A stretch of DNA of 63,520 nucleotides, counting the filler, from Stramenopiles sp. TOSAG23-2 (lineage: Eukaryota), in NCBI GenBank assembly GCA_900128395.1. It is 7 parts of 7 records of this genome, joined end to end, with 100 filler letters (N's around TTAATTAATTAA, not from the genome) between each part and the next. Parts side by side here need not be neighbours in the genome. Positions count along the whole stretch, not along the records: positions 1 to 27,525 come from LT649415.1; 6 more parts are not named here. One strand, written 5' to 3'. A program made the translations under genes and the position numbers. This document shows positions 1 to 10,940 of the stretch, in pieces. Under the pieces are notes generated by a model. It worked only from the letters and a program-made list of their open reading frames with translations. It had not been told where the DNA came from and ran no database searches. The stretch's first letter is position 1. Each line of letters begins with the position of its first letter.

Positions 1-76
1 TAAAATTTATCCTATGTGTAAAATGGCTGGTCTGATCTTTTTGGCTGCCATATATATATATATATATATATATTCG

Positions 77-162
77 TATAAAATGTTCTCTTACTCATAT
101 ATTATACCGTACATATAAATTTCTTTTACTCCCGTTCATTACCAGGTAACATCTCAAATCAA
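77..162 (+). repeat. Dispersed ~75-bp repeat, copy 1
   Basis: TATAAAATGTTCTCTTACTCATATATTA...ATATAAATTTCTTTTACTCCCGTTCATTA...ACATCTCAAATCAA; matches 27626-27678 and the reverse complement of 30677-30751, with small insertions. Confidence 0.8.
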
Positions 163-388
163 CATATATTATTATATTTTTTGTATATTTTTTATAATTT
201 TTACTCTCTCAATATCATATTTTTTTTAGAGTCAGGTTATGATTTTATGATACCTCGTAATATTTAATTATACACACACACATTTCTCTCTCTGGCTCTC
301 TCCTTTTACCTCTCACCTCTCACAAGACATTATTAGTAACATAATATAATATATATATATCATATTACAATAATGCATGGCGTTCACT

Positions 389-1564
389 CTATGATGTCTT
401 GAAACCTTCTATATGTTTTGTAGGGTTTTCGCATTTTTGATTGCATAATGGGCATTTTTTCGAAGTTAAAAGCCATTGCTCTATACATTTGCTATGGTAA
501 AAATGGCGATCTGAGCAAGGCAAACAAGTAACCATATCACTTGGTTTATACTTTTCTAAACAAACTGTACATTTCTCAGGTGGTGCTAACGATTTCAAAG
601 CCAGTACTTTTATTCTATCTTTGTAATTTTCACTTTTAAATAATTTAACCACATCTAATGAGAAACCTTTCCCACGATCAGTATTGTCGGTACCGTTAAT
701 ATCCATAGCATTCCGTTCAGCTTGTTCATGTGCTATTCTTTCTTGAACTCCTCTCCATGTCCAATAAAAGAAACCTATAAATAAAAACATTATTTGGAAT
801 ACAAATATTAACAATTGTACTCCAAATAATTGCATCATGTATTTATCTTCTTTAGATTGTCCCGGTTTGTCATAATGTCGCAAGATCGTGATTGGAAAAT
901 ATACAAAATTGAAACAATTCACTAAAAATCGAAACTTTCCCGTTGCTTTGTTGATTTTGAAATAAAAGGATTTAATCAACTGACTACGCTTTTCGAGATA
1001 ATATGCATCTATTTCATCAATTCTCATTAAATTGATATTTGATACATCATCATTTAACATACGTATTACTTTTTTCACTACTACTAATCTTTGAACAAAA
1101 GAAAATAACTGGATATATAACGAACAGCCAAACCAAAAGGTTAAGTACCAGCATTGGCTACCAACGAAAATTTGCAACAAAGAGAGTTCAAATTGTTCGC
1201 ATAAATATATTACTGAGAACAATGACATTAATGAAACCAATGTACCTAAAATTGTCGTATGCAATATAAAGTTTAACGCTTGTTTTGGTGCCATTGCATA
1301 GAAAAGATGGGTACTGTTGAAACTAGCCTCTGTAGAGTTTCCGTTGATAGTTGTTCTACTGAAATTGGTGTTGTTATACATATGACCCAGTGCGTTCCCC
1401 GATGGCGTTGTCGGGCTGCTTCTAATACGGCTATCATGGTTTGTTGTTGTGTCGTGCGTTGTTGCTTCTTCTTCTTGTTGTTGTTGTGTCGTATTTCTTC
1501 TACGAGTACTACGAGTACGACGACGTCTTGTATTATTACTATTACGTGTATCAATTAACGACAT
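389..1564 (-). CDS. Transmembrane RING-H2 E3 ubiquitin ligase
   Basis: C-terminal CTVCLE...LPCSDRHFYHSKCIEQWL...CPLC (RING-H2) and 3-4 hydrophobic segments; first ATG at 1564 (MSLIDT). Confidence 0.85.
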   Translation of the reverse strand: MSLIDTRNSNNTRRRRTRSTRRRNTTQQQQEEEATTHDTTTNHDSRIRSSPTTPSGNALGHMYNNTNFSRTTINGNSTEASFNSTHLFYAMAPKQALNFILHTTILGTLVSLMSLFSVIYLCEQFELSLLQIFVGSQCWYLTFWFGCSLYIQLFSFVQRLVVVKKVIRMLNDDVSNINLMRIDEIDAYYLEKRSQLIKSFYFKINKATGKFRFLVNCFNFVYFPITILRHYDKPGQSKEDKYMMQLFGVQLLIFVFQIMFLFIGFFYWTWRGVQERIAHEQAERNAMDINGTDNTDRGKGFSLDVVKLFKSENYKDRIKVLALKSLAPPEKCTVCLEKYKPSDMVTCLPCSDRHFYHSKCIEQWLLTSKKCPLCNQKCENPTKHIEGFKTS

Positions 1565-2744
1565 TTTGAAGTGAAAAATTAAACAAAATGTATATATGTA
1601 TATGAAACGCAGATCAATCAAAAACCGAAGTATCTGCTACAAAATATATAATGTCGTGATATTGGACAAAAACACGTTCGTTGTTTGATATATGTTCTAT
1701 TGTATGTACATATATATTATATATATATATATATCGTTGTAAATACGGTAAAAATATTATTATTTGTTTTGCTCCTCTTTTTAAAATGATGGATATTGAT
1801 GTATATATATATATAATTGCTACTACTAAATACGAAAAATAATAATAATAATAATAATAAAAACCAAACACACAGATGCAGTGTTTCTGTTATATATTCC
1901 AATGCACGCCAATCGTTGAATGAACTGGTTGCACGGCTATCTGTTTTATTATTACGAATTACACACATCTATACTCTCATTTCCACACATTGCACATTGT
2001 GTATTCTAATTATTATTGTGTATAAAGTACATGTAGTGGTGCTAGTATGTATTATATGCCAAAACACACAGAAGAGCATATACTTAGACTACTACTGGCA
2101 TACCAGACATAGCCCTACCAGACACAGTTGTGTGTTATAGTGCTATTACTATGCTAGGTATTTATTTGTTATCATATTTTAATCTTTGTTGTGGATGACG
2201 AGACGACCGACTGCACGACTGGTGGACATAAATAAATACAGTCAATAATTATAATAGTCGTCTATATTTCAATACTATTCAGGTATTAATAGTAGTTATA
2301 AGTATTTCAAGTAAGATTTTTGTGTTTAAGATGTTTCCTAGAGTCAAGACCTGCGTTGCTACCTATACCCGCCTGCTAGGTTTTCTAAATGGTTGAAAGA
2401 TTTTTTAGCAGGGTGATATCATTGGACGAGCAAAGTGTCTAAGCACGTTTTTGGTTTTGTTTTTTGTGATGCTGATGATACCAGCCTTTTTTTTTTTTGG
2501 GCCAGGAGGGTACCGCAGGGCCCATCAAGAAAACATTTGCAGCAAGAGAAATAGAGAGAGAGAGTGAAACCATATAACAGAAGTAAAAACAATCAAAAAT
2601 AATTTAATTATCGATCAAAATAATTCTTGTTTCCTCGTTGGGCGTGTGCTTCCTTACCAAACACCGAAACCCACTAACTGTACACCCACCTTCGTCTAAA
2701 CAAGACACAAAGCCTGTATAAGTAAATTGAAATAAATTAAATTA

Positions 2745-3176
2745 ATGGGTGTAGTCTTTGGTATACAACGGGCTGGGCGATCTAACTATATCCTTGCATC
2801 AAATGGACAACCTTTCTATTTTGAACAGCAGGTGGCTCATATTTGCTGCGTTCCCATTTGTCCAAATCGCTACTATTTAATGACTCCGAAATGGGAAAAT
2901 GGAAAGAAAGCAGGCAATTGCGAGTGGGTAGCCTGCATCTGTTCTTTCCCTCCTCTATGTTGCTTGCAACGTATTTTCGGCTGCATTCCCGGCTGCATTC
3001 CACCTGCAGATGAATACCACGAAAAATTGTTTCGGCGTTTAACTGGTAAAAGGTTGGCACGTGAAAAAAAAACAAAACCTGCCAGCCCACCTGTGGAAGG
3101 TGTCACACCAAACCCCTTGCAGACAGAGAGACTTGAAACTGGTTCTGGAAAAGGTATAGATAACGAAATGAAATGA
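2745..3176 (+). CDS. Small cysteine-rich hypothetical protein
   Basis: 143-aa ATG ORF, higher GC than its flanks, with CC/CxP-rich segments (ICCVPICP, CICSFPPLCCL). Confidence 0.6.
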   Translation: MGVVFGIQRAGRSNYILASNGQPFYFEQQVAHICCVPICPNRYYLMTPKWENGKKAGNCEWVACICSFPPLCCLQRIFGCIPGCIPPADEYHEKLFRRLTGKRLAREKKTKPASPPVEGVTPNPLQTERLETGSGKGIDNEMK

Positions 3177-3381
3177 TAAGTTCTTGAGTTGCTTTCAAAT
3201 CGATATATCTTACTTTTTCTTTAAATCATTTTTTTATATATTATTTGTAAAAAAGTTAAATTTGCACGTGAAAATATGCAGTCCATACGATTTTTGTATT
3301 GGCAACGATAAGACGACAAATGGTTTGTCTATCCTAAAGGAAAATAAAAAAAATTAGAAAAGAAAAAGAAAAAAGGAAAAG

Positions 3382-3622
3382 TATCGTAACAAAATAAAAA
3401 AAGATCCAAAAAAATTATTACCACAAATCGTGCGAAAAGAAAAAATATTTAAAATGAGAGCATAAAATTTTTTTTAATAATTAATTAAAAATATTTTTGT
3501 GACCATCACGTAACCAGAAATTAAAATTAAATTCTTTGTTGAAATTGAAAAAAGACTTATCGTAACAAATTAAATTACTTGTAAATTATTTTGTTTACCA
3601 TTTATCGTGCGAAAAGAAAAAA
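3382..3622. repeat. Degenerate ~176-bp direct duplication
   Basis: TATCGTAACAAA at 3382 and 3558; ATCGTGCGAAAAGAAAAAA at 3427 and 3604. Confidence 0.6.
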
Positions 3623-3910
3623 ATTATAAATCGTGACTGAGGTGGAATATTGACGACGCGCAAATGAAATAATAAGAGCATTAATGCTGTGTAGTGTTAA
3701 GGGTAGTAAAACACAAAAATTTGCGCTTCAAAACAGGGTAGAAATTAGGGGGGTTTTAGGGGTAGCGTAAGAAAGTGGTTGAATGGTGGTTTTGAAATTA
3801 AGTAACATTGTGTGTGTGTGTATTATGCGTGGTTATTTTATATTTCTATTTAATGCACCCTCTCTGAAATTATTGTTTTTTGTGTTTTTTCTAATCTCCC
3901 TCCCCCTCTT

Positions 3911-4957
3911 TTAAACTGCCTTGGATTCAAGCCAATGGATAACATGTCCTTTTCTTAATTTGATTTCTTTCATTAAAAGATAAGCATCTCCCCATTTTAA
4001 CTTACATTTTTCACGAAGGAATTTCTCATTCACTGACGGTAATGCCATGCCACATATCCCTTCATTTTTAAATACGTCTACTACAGTTTCTATTTTAAAG
4101 TCTTTACTAAAATAATAGCTTTCATCTTCGTTTTTTTTTGTAATTTCACCTAACCATTGAATAACATCGTCGACAGTAACTTTCATCATCGCATTGTATT
4201 CTTTTTCAATTTCATCCATTGCTGGGCCTGGAATAACATAAAGATTACTAACAAGTTTGTAAAGAAAGGGGGCTATAGCAAAAATTATTATTGAAACACA
4301 CACAAGAATAATTAAAGTGCTCATATAAGCCCCAAATGTGAAAAAACAGATAACAAGTATAGCCATCACCCACCAAACCACACCAATAATAAACGTACTC
4401 ACTGTAACCAGTACCATCATTGAACCAACTTCCTCGATATACGTTCCAAGTAAATCATCACTAAGACATGATAAACTCATAGTTGAAAAAACTGCAGCCC
4501 CAATGGATACGACGTGAAATGCAATAGATAAGCAAAGGCTAGTGAAATATAATACTATCGTCCATGTTTCATCTAATATTTGTATATCTGCTCCCCAAAA
4601 TCCAGATTTTTTTTCAAAAGCAATATCACCGGGATTTACAATAATCGGTATAGTTATTGTGATAGCCAAAGCAGCTACAAGGCCAATAGTATTTAGTGTC
4701 TCTTTTATTGCTGCAGACTGATCCGCAGAAGTTCCTACAACGGGAGACTTTAAAAATTTTCTAAGCCAAGAAAAACTGACTAAAACTTTTGCCCACGCAC
4801 AACAACCTTTGGGCTTTATTTTCCACGGTTGCTCTTCGTCATCTAACAATCCATCCCCATTTTTATCCAGCAATTCTAAAATTGCACTGTGTTTTGTTGT
4901 TGATTCTTTTTTGTTCTTCTCCCGATCAATTTTTTTCGCTGGTTGCACCGACGTCAT
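3911..4957 (-). CDS. Membrane protein: EF-hand-like loop, ~4 TM (PGG-like), C-terminal SAM-like domain
   Basis: DKNGDGLLDDEE loop; TLNTIGLVAALAITITIPIIVNPG; C-terminal TVDDVIQWL...FKNEGICGMALPSVNEKFLREKCKLKWGD (SAM-like). Confidence 0.65.
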   Translation of the reverse strand: MTSVQPAKKIDREKNKKESTTKHSAILELLDKNGDGLLDDEEQPWKIKPKGCCAWAKVLVSFSWLRKFLKSPVVGTSADQSAAIKETLNTIGLVAALAITITIPIIVNPGDIAFEKKSGFWGADIQILDETWTIVLYFTSLCLSIAFHVVSIGAAVFSTMSLSCLSDDLLGTYIEEVGSMMVLVTVSTFIIGVVWWVMAILVICFFTFGAYMSTLIILVCVSIIIFAIAPFLYKLVSNLYVIPGPAMDEIEKEYNAMMKVTVDDVIQWLGEITKKNEDESYYFSKDFKIETVVDVFKNEGICGMALPSVNEKFLREKCKLKWGDAYLLMKEIKLRKGHVIHWLESKAV

Positions 4958-5630
4958 CTTTTGACAAGTATATATGATTTTAATTGTTGATTATATTTAT
5001 GTATAGACGACTATCAATTATCACAAAAACTGTTATTAATTAAAAAAAAAAGTCCAAATTAATATAAAAGACAAGTCTCGCACATGTAAAAATATATTAT
5101 ACGCCTTGTATCTATGGATAATAATATATATTAAATGAATATTAATATATAATTGCACAAATAAAATACGTGGATTTTAATAATGGTATTACCAGGATTA
5201 CCATGCTTTTTTACAGGCTGTATCGATAAAAATTATAAAGAAAAAAAAAAAGTCTGCAAAAAAACAAAACTCTGAGGCACTGATGGTTGCAAAACGGTTG
5301 CCACCCTACTCGATCCCCTCATCTGCCAAATGCCTCAATTTTTAAAATAGTGCCCATCGTTATTAGACCGGATCTGGTTAGTCAAAATTAATTAAATTAC
5401 TATTTGGCGTAATGCTGTGTTCATACTATCGGAATTAATTAATTTGATAGGTTATTAATATTTTTAACAAATTTTCTTTAAATGGACCCTTAAATCTTCA
5501 TCGTGTAAATCTTATATTTTATATACTAAATCCCACCAAGCATAATAAGCAAATAATTACCAGGTAAAATAAAAACAACAACAAAAAAAATGGAATCTCT
5601 ACATAGACTACATCAATATTTACATCATCT

Positions 5631-5640
5631 CTTCTTTCTT

Positions 5641-5678
<38 letters not shown>

Positions 5679-5692
5679 ACTCTCTCACTCTC
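5631..5692. repeat. (CTTT)n/(CT)n microsatellite
   Basis: Visible pyrimidine repeat upstream of the 5804 ORF. Confidence 0.8.
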
Positions 5693-5803
5693 ATTCAATA
5701 TACCCGGATATCTCCTTTATACTGCAAATTAATATTGTATCAATATAGATTACTTACATATACGGAATAATATATACATATTCGTAACATATTATACAAA
5801 AAT

Positions 5804-8191
5804 ATGAGACGAATTATTAGTGTACAACCATCTTCATCAACAAATAATAATAATAATAATGAGAAAATAATAAATAATAATAATAATACAATACGTAGTT
5901 TATCACCAAATAATATTGGTACGCCGTCTAAACCACCAACTACACCTAGTCATATAATTAATAAAAAGAAGTTAATAGTTGAAAAACAATATAAAAAAAC
6001 AATGACATATCATCCTTATTATCCATTGGATTATTGGTTTATTTTTTTCTTAGGTTTTTTAGTATCATATTTAATTTTTACAGAAGATTCAAGTAATACT
6101 AGTGATAATTATAATAATATATTAAAAGGAACGTCAAAATTATCTAAACATAATAATAATAATAAATATTATCAAAAATTATTATTACGTGAAAAAGAAT
6201 TAATAAATGCAAATAATTTTTTGAAACATACTGTAAATACTTTGCAATCGAGGCTTGAAATGGAATGCAATCATGATATGAAACAGACTACAAATGTAGA
6301 AAAACAAATGATGACACTAAAAACAGAGTTAGAAGGGGCAAAAGAATTTGCACGTCATGCTACTGATACCAAAGCACTTACAAATGCAATGGAAAAAGCT
6401 ATTTTAAATGCAAGATCATCTGCATTAGAAGTAGATACAATGCGTAAAAAATTATTAAATATGAAATCATCATTACCAATAGTAAAAACAGCAACAATGA
6501 AAGAAGAAAAAGATAGTACAATAAAAACAACAACAACAAAAATAAAAGAGAATAATAATAATAATAATAATGATAATAATAATAAAAATAACCAATATGA
6601 CGATAATTTAGATTTTAAAAAAAATATGATATTAAAATCTGTATCGAAAAGAAATGATTTTGATTTAAGTAGATGGTCCATTTGGGATGTACCATTGACT
6701 GAATTATATCGTTATTGGAATTGGCCACCAGGACCAATTGGTTCCATTATTTATGATCAATGGGTATTAGGTGTTACAGAGGAAAATACAGTGGAAAGTA
6801 AACAAGTAGTAGCATTTGCAATAAAAGCAATGTCAAATTTACCAATATTTAAAAAAGCAAATGTTATATATACCATGGATTCTTTGGAAAAGGAAAAAAA
6901 AATTGAAGTCATACGATTTGAACGTAGAATTGAACGTTTTTATGGTATTCATTTCACTGTCCATATACGAATTAAAGACAGTGGTGAAGTATATGCTATT
7001 CATTCACGTCGTCCATTGCAAAAATTAAAATTAGAAAATATTGTCAGCATGCAAAAGGAACGTCCTAAATTAGTGAATATTATTGTAAGCGTTAGTAACA
7101 GAGGAAAAGCTTTATTGAAAATGATAAAGTCATTATTGCCATTTAAAGATGGTATACGATTAGTAGTTGTGGACCATACGAGTACCGATGCAAATTTACG
7201 TGTTATGTTGCGTAAAAGTGGTTTGACCAATTATAAATTTCTATGGGCACCAAAAAGTATGAAAAAATTTTCAAGAGCATTGATGTTAGATTATGGTATA
7301 CGATCGTTAAAAGATGACGAGATATTTTTCACATGCGATGTAGATATGCATGTTCCACATAATTTACATGAAATTGTTGCATTGACGGTTGAAAAAGGTG
7401 CACGTGTATATGCACCAGAAGTATTTCAGTTAAAAGATGGATATAAATTAAAAGCAACTGCAAAATCTGGCAGCTTCTTTGGTTGGGGATATGGTATGAT
7501 AGGTGCATATAAAAGTGATTACGTAAATATTAATGGATATGATTTAAAAAAATTTCGCTATGGATGGGGTGGTGAAGATATTGATTTAATCAATCGTTTC
7601 GTTCGCCATGGGTATACGATTATTCGACCGAGGGAACATGAATTGCTCCATAGATGGCATAAAAAATTATCGTGGAGAAAAGAAAGCCAATGCGATTTTC
7701 ATTGGAGAAAAGGTACATTTTGCGCAACATCACATGATAAACATTCAGATAATATTAATCATAATCATACATGGACATTTAAATTATCCTTTTTAAGAAA
7801 TTGTGATTATGATCAAGACAAAGATTTATTAGGTCAACATGCTGCATCCATTGATATACCGGCTGGTAAATATGAAATGAAATTATTATCAAAATTGCCA
7901 AAAGCAATTGAAATGGAAAATAAGACCGCATTGTCCTCTTCCATGCCTCCACAAGTGCATTTAAAAGCAACTCATGCTGATTTAGCAGATGAGGTAATGG
8001 ACGGTGATGATCAATTGTTTAATTTAACAAATATTGTGTTGGATAATTTAGATGCAAAAACAAATAGTATCATGTTTGAAACATCGGCAAAAGCGACAAG
8101 AATATATTTATGGGTTAGTCCATGTAATTTAGATGAACGAAGGGAGGAAACGGAAGGGGAGGTAGTGAATGTTGCGTTGATTAATGTGTAG
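5804..8191 (+). CDS. Type II membrane glycosyltransferase, chondroitin synthase/CSGALNACT-like (CHGN/GT7 fold)
   Basis: N-terminal TM and coiled-coil stem; VNIIVSVSNR, FSRALMLDYG, FFTCDVD (DxD), GYGMIGAYKSDY, GWGGEDIDL and HRWH motifs. Confidence 0.8.
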   Translation: MRRIISVQPSSSTNNNNNNEKIINNNNNTIRSLSPNNIGTPSKPPTTPSHIINKKKLIVEKQYKKTMTYHPYYPLDYWFIFFLGFLVSYLIFTEDSSNTSDNYNNILKGTSKLSKHNNNNKYYQKLLLREKELINANNFLKHTVNTLQSRLEMECNHDMKQTTNVEKQMMTLKTELEGAKEFARHATDTKALTNAMEKAILNARSSALEVDTMRKKLLNMKSSLPIVKTATMKEEKDSTIKTTTTKIKENNNNNNNDNNNKNNQYDDNLDFKKNMILKSVSKRNDFDLSRWSIWDVPLTELYRYWNWPPGPIGSIIYDQWVLGVTEENTVESKQVVAFAIKAMSNLPIFKKANVIYTMDSLEKEKKIEVIRFERRIERFYGIHFTVHIRIKDSGEVYAIHSRRPLQKLKLENIVSMQKERPKLVNIIVSVSNRGKALLKMIKSLLPFKDGIRLVVVDHTSTDANLRVMLRKSGLTNYKFLWAPKSMKKFSRALMLDYGIRSLKDDEIFFTCDVDMHVPHNLHEIVALTVEKGARVYAPEVFQLKDGYKLKATAKSGSFFGWGYGMIGAYKSDYVNINGYDLKKFRYGWGGEDIDLINRFVRHGYTIIRPREHELLHRWHKKLSWRKESQCDFHWRKGTFCATSHDKHSDNINHNHTWTFKLSFLRNCDYDQDKDLLGQHAASIDIPAGKYEMKLLSKLPKAIEMENKTALSSSMPPQVHLKATHADLADEVMDGDDQLFNLTNIVLDNLDAKTNSIMFETSAKATRIYLWVSPCNLDERREETEGEVVNVALINV

Positions 8192-8296
8192 TGAGTGTAA
8201 AAATAACTGGAGAAAAAATGTGCGTCGTATATGATTTGAAGCGTATTTATATATTCATTTTTGTGTGTTTTCTTAATATGATATGTGTCATACGAA

Positions 8297-8325
8297 TACG
8301 TATCATATCATTGATATGATACGTA
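8297..8325. repeat. Perfect 14-bp inverted repeat between convergent genes
   Basis: TACGTATCATATCA-T-TGATATGATACGTA. Confidence 0.75.
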
Positions 8326-8457
8326 AAAAATGAAATATTGATACATTATGAGATGCATTAAAATTTGTTTTAAATTACACTTCTCTCTCTCTCTGCCTTC
8401 CTCCTCCTTCCTCACTTGTAGTACTACTCGTTTACAATTTTTTTAACACACAAGATT

Positions 8458-9999
8458 TTACAAAAAAAAATCAGCTAAACTACTTGCGATAAAATCAGGA
8501 TGGTTTTTTTCTTCAATTTGTTTTAAATTTTCTTCTAATTTATCCTCCGCTATAACACCACTTAATACTAATAATGTTTTTAAACCACCATTTTTACCAA
8601 ATAAAATATCTGTATCTAACCGATCACCAACCATCATTGTTCGTTCAGGACGTAAATTTTTACTTTTAATAATAATATCTACAAATTCCTTCGATGGTTT
8701 TCCCATATTAATAGGTTTCGTATCAGATGCTACTTCCACTGCACTTACAATTGCACCAGCAGCAGGGGCAACTGTACCAGATGGTAAATAATTTGCACAT
8801 GCATCACGATTTGTTGATAAAAACATACAATTTTGATAACGTATGTACAATGCTGCTACATGTATTTGTAAATAACTAATATCTCCCACGGATACAACAA
8901 CAACACTAACATCTTTATCTAATTGATCAATATCATATGTTTTCATTTCTTTTTGACCTTTATTTCCATGTAATGTACATCCATCAATAATTTCAAAGCC
9001 AGAATGTGTTTTTAATGTCTGTACTAATCCAGGTGTTCCGACAACATAACATTTATTTCGATTAGTCTTATTCTTAACATTTTTTAATACATTATTCTTC
9101 ATATAACGAGCAGTTGCCAATGCAGAATTGTTAATTTGTTCATCATTTTTTATCTTTACAGACATGGAGTTAAATTTCTTTTTATATTGCATTAATGTTT
9201 TTGTTGCATTATTTGATACAAAAAATACTTCTTTTCCCTGTTCATATAATAAATCAACAAATTCTTTTGATTTTTCAATTGCATTTGGTCCACGCCATAT
9301 AACACCATCACAATCAAATATTATTGCATCTAAATCTTTCAATAAAGAAGACGAAACATTAGAAATTTGTTTTATATTATATTTTTCAGCTACCATTTTC
9401 CACGAAGACGATGATGATGATGATCGAACTGCATTATTATTGTTATTATTAATATTCAGTTTACGTTTTTTTGTTTGTCTTGTTGATGAACCATTCTTAT
9501 TTGTAGATTTTTCAATACCAACATATACATGACTCATAGAATCTCTTCCTGTTATTCCTAAAGGCACAGCTATAATTGCATTTGGGTTATCTTTTAAATG
9601 CCAAAAAGTTAAATTATCACTTGTTACATTTAAAAATGAATTTTCAATTAAATATTTTGTTTCTGCAGAATTATTATCATTGTTATTTGAATCACGAACT
9701 GCATTTTCTTTACAACTTTGAAAGATATGAGTATTTAATAATGTTGCTCTATCTTCATCTTTTTCAAAGAAAATTGGATGACAAACTAATTCAATATCTT
9801 GTGATGTTGCTAATAATTCTGTTTTACCAATGCTTTGAAAATATAGACATGCGTTCGGTAAACATGATTGTCGTTTAAATGCTCTTGCTGCTCTGCTGTT
9901 ATTCATCTTCTTTGTGGTTGTTGTTGTTTTGGTTGGTAGTAGTGGTCGGTAGAGGTGGTGTGAATGTAACTTAAACCTGCATTCCTGGCATTCATTCAT
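8458..9999 (-). CDS. HAD IIA phosphatase (phosphoglycolate/4-nitrophenyl phosphatase family) with unknown N-terminal domain
   Basis: FDCDGVIW (motif I), FVSNNAT, MGKPS and MVGDRLDTDILFG motifs; ~200-aa N-terminal extension; exact start uncertain. Confidence 0.85.
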   Translation of the reverse strand: MNECQECRFKLHSHHLYRPLLPTKTTTTTKKMNNSRAARAFKRQSCLPNACLYFQSIGKTELLATSQDIELVCHPIFFEKDEDRATLLNTHIFQSCKENAVRDSNNNDNNSAETKYLIENSFLNVTSDNLTFWHLKDNPNAIIAVPLGITGRDSMSHVYVGIEKSTNKNGSSTRQTKKRKLNINNNNNNAVRSSSSSSSWKMVAEKYNIKQISNVSSSLLKDLDAIIFDCDGVIWRGPNAIEKSKEFVDLLYEQGKEVFFVSNNATKTLMQYKKKFNSMSVKIKNDEQINNSALATARYMKNNVLKNVKNKTNRNKCYVVGTPGLVQTLKTHSGFEIIDGCTLHGNKGQKEMKTYDIDQLDKDVSVVVVSVGDISYLQIHVAALYIRYQNCMFLSTNRDACANYLPSGTVAPAAGAIVSAVEVASDTKPINMGKPSKEFVDIIIKSKNLRPERTMMVGDRLDTDILFGKNGGLKTLLVLSGVIAEDKLEENLKQIEEKNHPDFIASSLADFFL

Positions 10000-10231
10000 T
10001 TTTTAATAATTTTTTTTTTAATAATTAATAATAATAATTGCATCGCCACCCGCAAAAAAAAGTGAATTGTATTAGCATGTAAATACCAGGTGGTAAAGAT
10101 CGAATTCGAACGGCGTATATTGAAGTATCAAAAAAACGAAGAACAATCACAAACACACACACACCAAACAATGTCATAATGGCAACAACACATATATACA
10201 TTGTCAAAAGTAAAAAATAAAGTATTGCCAA

Positions 10232-10657
10232 ATGTTAAACAATATCATACAAATCATGTCAACAATAGTAGTCATTGTACAAAATTCTGGAACAACATCT
10301 GTAAATGGTGAATATTATTATAAAAAAGCAAACGTCATACCACATGGATTTGACATTGTATGTAAACAAAATGGCTGGAATGCCAACGAATTATGGAATA
10401 AATTAAATGGCAACTCCTACTATTTTGAAAAAGAGGATGGAGCATATATATATTATAATAAAGGCGACCAACGATGGTGGATTGATGCTAAAAGTGGTCT
10501 AGGTGTTTATATTGCAGATACTGATGGAAGTGAAGATGCTAAAAAATACCCACCACAAGACGGATATAAAGTATTACAAAATGCAAAATTGCCACTTCCA
10601 ACAGTAATTGTGAAAACAAGGAATAATAATAATAAAGAAGGAAATGAAATGTTGTGA
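10232..10657 (+). CDS. Hypothetical protein (aromatic-rich, probably beta-rich)
   Basis: Protein-like ORF with GTTSVNGEY, YIYYN, RWWID and PPQDGY segments; start may be the second Met (MSTIVV). Confidence 0.65.
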   Translation: MLNNIIQIMSTIVVIVQNSGTTSVNGEYYYKKANVIPHGFDIVCKQNGWNANELWNKLNGNSYYFEKEDGAYIYYNKGDQRWWIDAKSGLGVYIADTDGSEDAKKYPPQDGYKVLQNAKLPLPTVIVKTRNNNNKEGNEML

Positions 10658-10940
10658 AAAAGTTAGATTTGAATTGAAAATAAAAAAATACGAGAGTAAA
10701 AATGTGGGGGAGGTGTGGTAGAGACCATGTTTTGAGTTTAAAATATTTGAATAATCAAATTCTATTATATGAAAAAGAATATATAAATATATTTTACACA
10801 CTCTATACACAAAATTATACTTCGTACTCTGACTGCAGCAGTAGTTTAGACACACGTGGATTTATCCTCTTTCTTATGATATATATAAAAATTATGCATA
10901 TGAAATATTCTTTTTACTTTTTTTTTCAAATTGTTGTGCC

